Shown here: positions 47,532 to 56,429 of the stretch, piece by piece
How the letters are laid out: every line of letters begins with the position of its first letter
How positions within the stretch are numbered: position 1 is the stretch's first letter
Origin: Candidatus Gastranaerophilales bacterium
GTDB taxonomy: Bacteria > Cyanobacteriota > Vampirovibrionia > Gastranaerophilales > Gastranaerophilaceae
DNA: 63,194 bases
Assembly (NCBI GenBank): GCA_944323275.1
Contig: CALUSA010000001.1
Coordinates: 1-63,194, forward strand
Direction: 5' to 3'
The notes under the pieces: generated by a model
What the model was told of the DNA's origin: nothing
What the model saw: only the letters and a program-made list of their open reading frames with translations
The model's database searches: none
Position numbers and translations under genes: made by a program

Positions 47532-47712
47532 CTCTGATTGACTATAAAGAATTTTTTATTTTAAAAAGTGCGTTTACATAAGCATAAATTTAACATAAGT
47601 GCCCCAATGTACTTGTTGTGGATGCCTGTGTTATAATACAATGACTGAACTTATTTAATGCACCCATTCAATAAGTTAATCAGTGTCAGTTGACTATATG
47701 AAATATTTCAGT

Positions 47713-48999
47713 ATGAAAAGGTTTTTACTTACAGCATTAATAATAGTATGTACTTGTCTTTGCGTGCTTCCGGCGGCTGCAATAACTGATGCCAATACTG
47801 ATAGCGATAAGTATAAAATTACCCTGCAGGAAGCTATAGACATGGCACTTGCAGGTAATATAGAACTGCAGGAACAAAGAAAAAATCTCGGCATCTCTCA
47901 AAATGATATAAAAACGGCAACAGCACTTAAAAACCCGCAATTTCAATCCAACTTTCTTATGGGTAGGATAGCCAAGGCAAACTCAAGTCAGTTCGGTCTT
48001 ACACTGCCTGTCGAAATAACTAAAAGAGGAGCCAGAAAAAAAGTTTCCGAAGCAGGACTATCTTATACGGAAAATAAAATCAAAGACTCGGAATTTAAAC
48101 TTAAGCTAAAAATAAGAATAGCATATTTTAATCTTCTGGTTGCAAAATCAAACCTCAAGCTGATGAAAGACAGAAAAGATTTGCTTGAGGATTTATACGA
48201 CATAGCCAAAAACAGACCGAAAAATAACGACAGCTACACAATTGACCTTCTGCAAGCTGATATGAAACTCAAAAAACAGCTTATACAAATCAACAGAGCT
48301 GAGGCTAACGTAAAAACAGCACAATATAACTTTAACAGGGTTTTAAATCTGGAGAACAATCTCACTCTTTATGATTCAAAGGACGACTCACTGTTTAATC
48401 AGCCAATGCTTATTGCAAATGCTAACCTGCCGAGTTATGAAACACTTGAAAATACTGCTTTTCAAAACAGATATGACATAAAAATGTCACAGGCAAAAAT
48501 TTTAAAAGCACAGCGCAACATAAGCGTTGTAACCAAACAGAGGATACCTGATGTATATGTATCCGGAGGTTATGCCTTTGCGCATGACGGAACCCCTGGT
48601 GCTTATGTAGGTGCTGGTTTTGAGATACCGTCTTTATACCTTTACACGCCTGAAATTAAAACGGCAAAACTCGAGTACGATAAAGCACAGTTGGAATACA
48701 ATTCAATTATTAACATCACAAAAAATATTATCCACACAAATTACGACAAATTTATTATCGCTCAGGAAAACGTTCAACACTATAAAGATATTATTAACAA
48801 ATCAAATGAAATCCTAAAACTTTCAAAGCAACGCTATAAAAAAGGCAAAGCTACATTAACAAGCCTTATAGTTGTTGAACAATCGCATCAGGATGTATTG
48901 CAGGAATATATGTCGGCTTTAGGTGTATATTACAACTCATACATTGAACTGCTGCAGGAAATCGGTACGGACAATCTTGTTCAGGCTCAGGATTTATAA
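47713..48999 (+). CDS. TolC-family outer-membrane channel protein
   Basis: Signal peptide (LLTALIIVCTCLCVLPAAA), ITLQEAIDMALAGNIELQ start and two-repeat helical/beta organisation. Paralog of 60122..61438. The start is ambiguous (GTG 47683, ATG 47698 or ATG 47713). Confidence 0.8.
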   Translation: MKRFLLTALIIVCTCLCVLPAAAITDANTDSDKYKITLQEAIDMALAGNIELQEQRKNLGISQNDIKTATALKNPQFQSNFLMGRIAKANSSQFGLTLPVEITKRGARKKVSEAGLSYTENKIKDSEFKLKLKIRIAYFNLLVAKSNLKLMKDRKDLLEDLYDIAKNRPKNNDSYTIDLLQADMKLKKQLIQINRAEANVKTAQYNFNRVLNLENNLTLYDSKDDSLFNQPMLIANANLPSYETLENTAFQNRYDIKMSQAKILKAQRNISVVTKQRIPDVYVSGGYAFAHDGTPGAYVGAGFEIPSLYLYTPEIKTAKLEYDKAQLEYNSIINITKNIIHTNYDKFIIAQENVQHYKDIINKSNEILKLSKQRYKKGKATLTSLIVVEQSHQDVLQEYMSALGVYYNSYIELLQEIGTDNLVQAQDL

Positions 49000-49240
49000 C
49001 TTCTTCATATATTCAACTGAGTCCGACATTTATTATTCAAACAAATAACAATTTTATCTTTTATACCAGGGTTGCAGTGTAATTGTTACACTCAATCATC
49101 AGAAATAGTCAGAGTTAAGCCCTGAACGTATAAGACAATTGTAACATTTTACTTAATATTTTGTAATAAATTAACAAAAAAGACCATGCTTGATTGTTTA
49201 ATGATTATTGAGAGAGTATTGTGTTAAGGATTATTTTATA

Positions 49241-51520
49241 ATGAAAGTCAGTTATATAAGCCGGAACTATTCAGCAAGCAGCGGATTTTATAAAAATCAG
49301 TATGTGTCACGTCCCGTTCAAAACAGCGCACCTTCTTTTAACGGAAAAAGAATAAACGACAGATACATTGCTGAAGGATATTATAAAGATTTTTTAAAAC
49401 TGATTGACAGAGAAATTGATATAGACAACAAAAGTGCAATACAAGGCTACGGTTTAGATACAAAATCATTTTTTGAAGACATAAATAATCAGAATGAAAC
49501 AGTAATCTCCAACTTTATTCTCTCCCGCAACGGAACAAATGAATCTCCGTTCAACACAGCTCTTGTTAATGAAAAATTGAACATTGCAAAAAGTTTGCTT
49601 GAGCTGGTTGATGACACAGACGACACAACAAAATTCAAATTTCTTGTACCAGACCAAAACCGTATGAACGGTCCGTTAATTATGTCTGTTAATTACGACA
49701 AAACTCTTTCTACAACCCACAAAATTCTTGAAATTGTAAAAACGCTTAAACCTGAACAACAGGCAGACTTTTATTACATGCAGCCTAAAAATACTTTTGG
49801 CATCAACACGGATATTGTTGATGAGTTAAAAGACACAGGCTATATACAGATTGCTCAGGTATTTGAAGCCCAAAGAGCACAGTTTGAACTTGACAATCCT
49901 ATAATCGCTGGTAAGTATAAAAATGCTCTCAAAAATTCCAACAGAAAAAAAAATAAAACAGAACTGCCTGAAGATGAAACAAAAGAAAAAACCAAATCGA
50001 ATTTTAAAGTTTATTCACACGTAAAAACAAGATTTTCCGATGTCGGAGGTATGTTCAATGTAAAAAAACAAATACAGCAGGAATTGTTGAATATATTGAG
50101 CAATCCTAAAGTTAAAAACGCAGACAAACCCGGCGGTATTATTCTATACGGACCGCCCGGCACAGGGAAAACACTTCTCGCTACAGCAATAGCCGGAGAA
50201 GCAGGGGTACCGTTAATAAGTACAAACGGCAGCAGTTTTAATGAAATATATGTCGGAGCAGGTGCAAAAAATGTACGTGATTTATACGCTCAGGCTCGCA
50301 AACTCGCCAGAGCCAGCGAAAGCAAAACCGCTATCATATTCATTGACGAAGCAGATGCTGTTGCAGGAAGACGTGGTGCTTCTTCAAACAGAGAAGGCGA
50401 TGCAACTCTGAATGCTCTTTTAGGCGAACTGGACGGGGTTCAGTCAAAAGAAGAAAACGACATAAAAGTCATCACTATCTTTGCAACAAACAGACGTGAC
50501 CTGTTTGACAACGCCTTTAGAAAAGGGCGTATTGATATGGAATTTAAAATAGATGACCCGAGATTCAGCGAAAAAGCAAGACGTGAAATATTAGAAATTA
50601 ACGCAAAAGAAAAACCGTTTAAAAACGATGAAGAAAAGAAAAAACTGCTTGATGATTTAGCTAAATCATCTGCAGGCATGTCCGGTGCTGAACTCGCTGA
50701 TGTAATCAAACGTTCCTACAGAAAGACCCTGTATAAAGACAGAAGGATTCCGTATATAACACTGAAAGATATTAACGAAGCTAAACTCGAAGCAGTAGTA
50801 GGAATAAAAAATGACAGCGAAAAAAATGACTATGAACTGCAAAAAACCCGTGCGCACGAAGCAGGACACGCTATAAACCAGATTGTATTAAACCATGTGT
50901 TCAAAGACGAAGCACAAAAGTCAAAACAACCTATACAAACTCTTGATTTTATTGTTAACGAGTCACGTGGTGATGCGTCAGGCTTGACAATGATGAAACC
51001 GACTGACAACAGCAGAATTACAATAGAATCTTTATTGAGCCACCTTGCTGTTACATACGGCGGGTACAGCGTGGAAGAAAAACTCTTTGACTGTCATACG
51101 GACGGCGTTGCCTCTGATTTAAAACGTAATACAGATTTGATTTTACAGGCAACAACAGAATGGGGGCTGGGCTCAAAAACAAAATATATAGGCTGCGACC
51201 CTAACGGTGTAACCTTTGAACTTTTTAAACCTGATATAAAAAATGACATAATCAGATATTCACATGCCGGCATGCAAATATCAGATATGATTACGGAATT
51301 TGCCCAACCCTTTGTTAAGGAATACGTTGACAAAATCTCATACGGTACACTTGCAAATACAGATATAATCACAGGTGAAAGGTTTGAAAAAATGTTTTCA
51401 AACTGGATTAGCCAAAACAAAAAACAAAAAGAATTTGACAAACTAAGCAATGACATTAAACAAAAAATGAAAGATTTTAAAGACGAAATGAACAAGGAGG
51501 CTTTTAAAGTCAACAAATAA
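49241..51520 (+). CDS. FtsH-like AAA+ ATPase / M41 metalloprotease lacking transmembrane segments, with novel N-terminal domain
   Basis: Walker A LYGPPGTGKTLLA, Walker B IIFIDEADAV, SRH TNRRDLFDNAFRKGRID. HEXXH AHEAGHAI, with downstream GGYSVEEKLF and GVASDL blocks. The first ~290 aa have no hydrophobic helix and no motif I recognise. Confidence 0.75.
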   Translation: MKVSYISRNYSASSGFYKNQYVSRPVQNSAPSFNGKRINDRYIAEGYYKDFLKLIDREIDIDNKSAIQGYGLDTKSFFEDINNQNETVISNFILSRNGTNESPFNTALVNEKLNIAKSLLELVDDTDDTTKFKFLVPDQNRMNGPLIMSVNYDKTLSTTHKILEIVKTLKPEQQADFYYMQPKNTFGINTDIVDELKDTGYIQIAQVFEAQRAQFELDNPIIAGKYKNALKNSNRKKNKTELPEDETKEKTKSNFKVYSHVKTRFSDVGGMFNVKKQIQQELLNILSNPKVKNADKPGGIILYGPPGTGKTLLATAIAGEAGVPLISTNGSSFNEIYVGAGAKNVRDLYAQARKLARASESKTAIIFIDEADAVAGRRGASSNREGDATLNALLGELDGVQSKEENDIKVITIFATNRRDLFDNAFRKGRIDMEFKIDDPRFSEKARREILEINAKEKPFKNDEEKKKLLDDLAKSSAGMSGAELADVIKRSYRKTLYKDRRIPYITLKDINEAKLEAVVGIKNDSEKNDYELQKTRAHEAGHAINQIVLNHVFKDEAQKSKQPIQTLDFIVNESRGDASGLTMMKPTDNSRITIESLLSHLAVTYGGYSVEEKLFDCHTDGVASDLKRNTDLILQATTEWGLGSKTKYIGCDPNGVTFELFKPDIKNDIIRYSHAGMQISDMITEFAQPFVKEYVDKISYGTLANTDIITGERFEKMFSNWISQNKKQKEFDKLSNDIKQKMKDFKDEMNKEAFKVNK

Positions 51521-51611
51521 AGTCATATCAACATTTGCCGCCGGCAATAAACCTTCATCTGAGTCTGTAAGTTTTTTGTAGTCTTAAATGTTATTTCGGT
51601 TTTCTGTTACC

Positions 51612-51646
51612 CCCTTCAAATAACTACTAGTACGCTATTTGAAGGG
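51612..51646. other. Perfect 11-bp stem hairpin between convergent genes
   Basis: CCCTTCAAATA(51612-51622)/TATTTGAAGGG(51636-51646) with a 13-nt loop. No adjacent U-tract, so terminator function is uncertain. Confidence 0.4.
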
Positions 51647-51670
51647 AGTAAATACCATTAAAATTACAAA

Positions 51671-52219
51671 TTAATCCTCAATAGGCATAGTTACTACATA
51701 TTTGTGTCCTACCTGTTTTTTAGTAACCTTTTCGGTATCTATATCAACCGGCAGTACAAAACTTTGAGAAAAAGAATAAACCTTATCCGAGTGTTTTCCC
51801 GCTTTCTCACCAAGCCCGTTAACACTGATTTTGTTTTTTTGTACATCAACACTTACATTATTGGGACTGTTGTTAAAAGGCTTAAGATCTATAATCAATT
51901 TGTATGCATTTTGTGAGTCATCTTTAAATGTTTCAACAGGTGTTTTCATTCTCATTAAGGCACCGTTATGCATAGGCATTGCCCCCATTGAATCAAACAT
52001 TCTTTCCTGCTCGTTTATAATTCTGTCAATATTTGGCATCGGTGCAGGAGGAGCATAATAAGCATGACGCATTTGATCAAGAACATAATAAACTGCCAGA
52101 TAACATGCTATAAATAAAACAAACAGAACGATAGCAAATTTTATCCAGTGTTCTGCTCTGCAGGTGCACTTATGTTCTTTTAATTCTACATTGTTATTGT
52201 TTTCGGTATTTTCGTCCAT
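51671..52219 (-). CDS. Membrane-anchored Hsp20/alpha-crystallin-like domain protein
   Basis: One TM helix (WIKFAIVLFVLFIACYLAVYYVL). The C-terminal ~90 aa follow the ACD pattern (YKLIIDLKPF...VSVDVQKNKISVNG...FSQSFVLPVDIDTEKV...YVVTMPI). Confidence 0.45.
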   Translation of the reverse strand: MDENTENNNNVELKEHKCTCRAEHWIKFAIVLFVLFIACYLAVYYVLDQMRHAYYAPPAPMPNIDRIINEQERMFDSMGAMPMHNGALMRMKTPVETFKDDSQNAYKLIIDLKPFNNSPNNVSVDVQKNKISVNGLGEKAGKHSDKVYSFSQSFVLPVDIDTEKVTKKQVGHKYVVTMPIED

Positions 52220-52299
52220 AATTGTTTCTCCTTAATTGCTGCTTTCAAAAATATTATATTAAGGCTTAACATAATTTATATTAGTCTTTATAAAAAAAT

Positions 52300-53079
52300 T
52301 CAGGGTAATATTTTTCTTAAACGTTCAACAAGATTATCTAAAATTTTAATTTTGTTTTCATTGTTTGTTTTAAAAAGCTCTGTTAAATCATCTTCAAAAT
52401 TCTCCGGCAAAAAGCGGCAGTGTTGTCTGGCGTATTTTATAAGCCGTTTTTCTCCGGGATGAAAAATTTCATTAGCTGCAAATAAAACATCAAAATACGA
52501 TGCCAAAAATGCTGTGATTCTGTGATTTATGCTTACAAGGTCGCTGCGTTTTACTGCTAATTTAATTTGCTCAAGGTATGATGCGTTTTTTTTGTCTTTT
52601 AAAAGCATCATATTTCTTTTTATAATGTTGTCACGCAGTTCCTGAGGATATCCGCTGGAAATTTGTTTTTGTAAATCAGCAAACCAGTTATTTTTATCAT
52701 ACAAAATTTTAGAGGTTGCAATATTGTGTAAAAAACAGGTTGTATAACCGTTTGCTGCATAATGTTTTATATACACATTATTTATACAGTCCTGTATCCA
52801 GCTTTTTGAACGGAACATAAAGTCCATCTCATTTCCGTCTTTTAGTATCCATTCATCACCGGTTTCAAAATAACGGTTATCTATTTCAAAGTCATCAGTA
52901 TAATTTTTAGCGAGTTCTGTCCTGAAATCAAGAGGAATTTCTTTGTCCGAATAAATATATATATCATAATCAGACAGTTCATCATCCTGCATCGAGGTTC
53001 TGGAGCCTGCCTGCACTACAGCAAGTACACTGTCCAGTTTTGCATACCTGTTTGCAATTTCTCTTAAAATCTGTTCCAT
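52300..53079 (-). CDS. Nucleotidyltransferase-domain protein (Pol-beta superfamily)
   Basis: AVVQAGSRTS...LSDYDIYIY fits the GS...D.D minimal NTase motif. AGGTG RBS before the Met at 53079. Confidence 0.55.
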   Translation of the reverse strand: MEQILREIANRYAKLDSVLAVVQAGSRTSMQDDELSDYDIYIYSDKEIPLDFRTELAKNYTDDFEIDNRYFETGDEWILKDGNEMDFMFRSKSWIQDCINNVYIKHYAANGYTTCFLHNIATSKILYDKNNWFADLQKQISSGYPQELRDNIIKRNMMLLKDKKNASYLEQIKLAVKRSDLVSINHRITAFLASYFDVLFAANEIFHPGEKRLIKYARQHCRFLPENFEDDLTELFKTNNENKIKILDNLVERLRKILP

Positions 53080-53171
53080 AAAACACCTCATCAGCATCAG
53101 AATTTATATTTATTTTACAATATCAGCGTTAAAATTTCTTCCTGAGAAATTATATGCTATAAAATTATTAT

Positions 53172-54050
53172 ATGAAAAAATTGGTTGCAATTATAATAAT
53201 TCTATCGCATTTTTCGTGCTATGCCTTTGCAGAGGATATAATGCTCGGTGATGTAAAAAAACAAGAGGTCAAGTATTCTCAAAAGGTGGAAAAAGACACC
53301 AAAGAGCTTACTCTTGATAAAGAGGAAGCAATGAAAGGCATAGTTGAGCTTCAACAGCAAAAAGATATCGAAGATATAGAAATGCTATGGGAAGCTACTG
53401 TAGAAAACAACAGCCTCATAAAATTTGCAATGAAAAAGCTCTCCGTTCCGCCTGAACAACAGCGTTACCATTCGTCATTACTTGCAAAATCAGCAGCCGC
53501 ATTGATTAACGGAGCGTCTTTTGTGCCTGCTTTGTTCGGTGCTAATTATATGGTCCAATCAGCGTCTTATGCAACAGGAAGACTCGCTAACAATTATCTT
53601 GCCAAAGTAAACAATCCAAAAGAAATACCTCTGACTGACACTGAACTTATTGAACTCGCCGGCATGATTGAATCTTTGCAGGATCAGATTATAAATGCAT
53701 ATTACAATTATAAAATGGCGTTGAGTCAGGTTAAAGACACAAGACAAAGGCTGATTTTGTACAACAAAAATTATGCTGATGCGCTTAAAAAAGCTAAAAG
53801 CGGAAATCCAGCCGACAGAATGGAAATGCTCGTGTCAGGTGCTATGTATGATGATTTGTTATTTCAAGAATTTGAACAAATCAGAGAGGTGCGCAGATAC
53901 CAGATGGATTTAGAACGTCTTGCCGGCAAAAAAACAGTACTTAACTTAAATTTATATCAGTATGCTTTTAAAAACGAACTTTTCAGTGCATCTGATAACA
54001 CAAAAAAACAGGATGCCCGCAAAAACGGAGGGAAGAATGAAAAAAAATAA
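53172..54050 (+). CDS. Secreted helical hypothetical protein (paralog A)
   Basis: Signal peptide (AFA|ED). Shares blocks with 54037..54945: MLWEATVENNSLIKFAMKKLS vs LLWIGAAQNSQTVKFIVYKLS, and LIELAGMIESLQDQIINAYYNYKMA vs MIVLIRKIEELQRKIILYYFDYMTS. Confidence 0.55.
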   Translation: MKKLVAIIIILSHFSCYAFAEDIMLGDVKKQEVKYSQKVEKDTKELTLDKEEAMKGIVELQQQKDIEDIEMLWEATVENNSLIKFAMKKLSVPPEQQRYHSSLLAKSAAALINGASFVPALFGANYMVQSASYATGRLANNYLAKVNNPKEIPLTDTELIELAGMIESLQDQIINAYYNYKMALSQVKDTRQRLILYNKNYADALKKAKSGNPADRMEMLVSGAMYDDLLFQEFEQIREVRRYQMDLERLAGKKTVLNLNLYQYAFKNELFSASDNTKKQDARKNGGKNEKK

Positions 54051-54945
54051 ATTTTTCTCTGCAATAGTTTTTCTGTCTTTTGTATTAAACTTTTTCGCTC
54101 AACCAATTTGGGCTATTGGTCTTGAAGATATTACAGAACCGCTTCCGCCTGCATACAGATTGGGGGTAGGTTCTGCACCGGAAAACAAATATAAAGTTTC
54201 TGAAGCAAATAAAGAAATAAAAACCAGAGAAGCTGCTTCTTCACAGGCATCAGAGGCAATAAAAAATATCACTTATGCTGACTTAAGCTTAAAGAAAATA
54301 GCCAAAGAAATAAGTGACGATGCGGAATTAGAATCAGCGGATATGCTGGCAGACATCCAGTTGTTGTGGATAGGAGCAGCACAAAACAGCCAGACCGTTA
54401 AATTTATTGTTTACAAATTATCTAATCCTGATGAAGATAAACCTAATGAAAGCATTGTAAAAAAAATCATCCAGCCTATTTCTACTGTTGGAAGTCTTGC
54501 CGGCATCGGTATCGGCAATCCTATCGCTGCAATTTCCTCTATTATGGGCAGCAGTATGCTCGGTACATTATCGGTTGACGACAAAGATTTGAACTACAAA
54601 TTTTCAAAAGTTAATGATGCGGATATGATTGTTTTAATCAGGAAAATTGAGGAATTGCAACGGAAAATAATTCTGTACTACTTTGACTATATGACCTCAC
54701 GTCAGGCATTGCAGAGGTGTGACAAACTTGTTGCTAAACGTATAAAAGACTATAGCGACACAAAAGGGCTTTCGGATGCGCAAATAATAATGCTGGATGT
54801 TTTTTACCGAGAAGCATTGAATAAGCAAAGCAAACTGCGTTCGGACTTTTTATCCAGACGTTCCGCACTGGAACAGCTTGTAGGAATGGATTCAATGGCT
54901 CAATTTGAAGATGCTCTTGAAAAAAGAGAAGCTGCTGCTAAATAG
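54037..54945 (+). CDS. Secreted helical hypothetical protein (paralog B)
   Basis: GGAGGG RBS, then the ATG at 54037, which overlaps the end of paralog A by 14 nt. Signal peptide (FFAQPIWA). Central Gly/Ser-rich hydrophobic stretch. Confidence 0.55.
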   Translation: MKKNKFFSAIVFLSFVLNFFAQPIWAIGLEDITEPLPPAYRLGVGSAPENKYKVSEANKEIKTREAASSQASEAIKNITYADLSLKKIAKEISDDAELESADMLADIQLLWIGAAQNSQTVKFIVYKLSNPDEDKPNESIVKKIIQPISTVGSLAGIGIGNPIAAISSIMGSSMLGTLSVDDKDLNYKFSKVNDADMIVLIRKIEELQRKIILYYFDYMTSRQALQRCDKLVAKRIKDYSDTKGLSDAQIIMLDVFYREALNKQSKLRSDFLSRRSALEQLVGMDSMAQFEDALEKREAAAK

Positions 54946-55015
54946 AAATAAAATAGCAATTTTGTAATATATTTTGTTTTTATTGCACTGTATATTAAAT
55001 GTGTAAGGAAGTTTT

Positions 55016-55660
55016 GTGTCTATAGTTAACTTAACAAGAAAATTTGTACCGGAGCTTAGCCGGGATACCAAACAAAATCTTAATTTTTTAAACAAAATGC
55101 CGGAGATGCGCCTGTGGAATATGATAAAAAACGGTGATAAAAGTATTGTACATGTCGGAATGAATGAATGTGCCGCTGCAAGGATTACCGCCGAAGGTAT
55201 AAATACAATTTATACAGATGCTCTTTCAGGATGTAATTCTGTTTCTATAGTTATGAAGGGACTTGATTCCAAACCAATTGCAATACAATCACATTACACT
55301 CCTCTTAAAGAATCGTTAAAAAATCAGCTTGCTGCGTTAGAAAAACAATTACGAACTTATGATTATTACACAGACAAAACACAAGAGCCGAAATTATTTT
55401 TTAATATAAGAGGGCTCGTTACCAGAGCCAACCCGGATGAAATTATCGGTGTGCCTAACCCTATAATAAATCAAGTAAGACTGTTATTGGATAAATTTTT
55501 TAACAACGGTGCCGAGGAAAAAATTATCTATTACAAAAATAACGGAAGACCTGCATATTTTTCAAGTGCTAATATTCTGCAGTTTGATAAAGAAAACTTA
55601 AACAAACTTAAATTGACAACAGTCGGAGAAAAAGAGCACTTTTTTGATTTAAATTTTTGA
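55016..55660 (+). CDS. Hypothetical protein (214 aa), no signal peptide
   Basis: AAGGAAG RBS 5 nt before the GTG start. Contains a Cys..His pair in the context DALSGCNSVSIVMKG...IAIQSHY. No family recognised. Confidence 0.45.
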   Translation: MSIVNLTRKFVPELSRDTKQNLNFLNKMPEMRLWNMIKNGDKSIVHVGMNECAAARITAEGINTIYTDALSGCNSVSIVMKGLDSKPIAIQSHYTPLKESLKNQLAALEKQLRTYDYYTDKTQEPKLFFNIRGLVTRANPDEIIGVPNPIINQVRLLLDKFFNNGAEEKIIYYKNNGRPAYFSSANILQFDKENLNKLKLTTVGEKEHFFDLNF

Positions 55661-55682
55661 TTTAAACCTGCATTTTACCATT

Positions 55683-56264
55683 TTATTCAAACCATTCAAT
55701 AAGAGGTTTGCTTTCACCAAATTTAAGGTTAAATGCTTCTTCGTAATCTTCTCCGGTTAAATATTTGTAACTTATATTAAACCCGAGCGGTTCTAAATCT
55801 GTTTGGAGTTTTTTAAATTTTCTGACCGAAATTGTTTTTTTTCTCAAATTCAATACATTAGAATAATTAAGCCCTTGAAAAGCACAGAACGGTGCTTTTA
55901 TTTTTTGATTTTCGGTATTTGTCATCAACCCGAAGGTTCTGCAAATTACCCCACGATAATTATAAACGCTGCAGCAGTCGTCAATCAAAAAGGGGCAATC
56001 GTACAAAAATTTTTTGCCACTATATTTTTTCTTTTTATCAAAAATATTTTTTATATTTATTTCTATTTTTTTCTGAGTACACTTATCAAGCTGCAATGCA
56101 CCGTTTAACAAATATCTGAATTCTATTGCGGAATACGGAAATTGTGCATTTTTACAGCAGCGTGCACATCCTTGTTTACAAAAAATATATGGTTTTTGCG
56201 AATCAAAAAACTTTAATAGTTTTTGATTCAAAAAATCCAGATAGGCAACATAATTGCCAAGCAT
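55683..56264 (-). CDS. YkgJ-family (CxxCxxCC) cysteine-cluster protein
   Basis: CKQGCARCC plus CPFLIDDCCSVYNYRGVICRTFG. The track start at 56369 is a TTG, so the Met at 56264 is preferred, but the start remains uncertain. Confidence 0.5.
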   Translation of the reverse strand: MLGNYVAYLDFLNQKLLKFFDSQKPYIFCKQGCARCCKNAQFPYSAIEFRYLLNGALQLDKCTQKKIEINIKNIFDKKKKYSGKKFLYDCPFLIDDCCSVYNYRGVICRTFGLMTNTENQKIKAPFCAFQGLNYSNVLNLRKKTISVRKFKKLQTDLEPLGFNISYKYLTGEDYEEAFNLKFGESKPLIEWFE

Positions 56265-56429
56265 TATACTTTGTTCATCCGTAACTATCACACAAAGATT
56301 ATACCTGTTTATTCCCAAAATGTTAAGCAGCTTTCCGGCTTTATATTGTAAACTATAAATACATGGCAAATACCCAACACTTTGTATTTTTGATAAAATA
56401 TTATCGGTTATAAATTATAAGGTAAGGTT

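Noticed and set aside
52300-53079. The nucleotidyltransferase as part of a toxin-antitoxin (MNT/HEPN) or anti-phage defence module.
   Set aside because: There is no HEPN or other partner gene adjacent. The gene is monocistronic, and its ~260-aa size fits stand-alone NTase-domain families.
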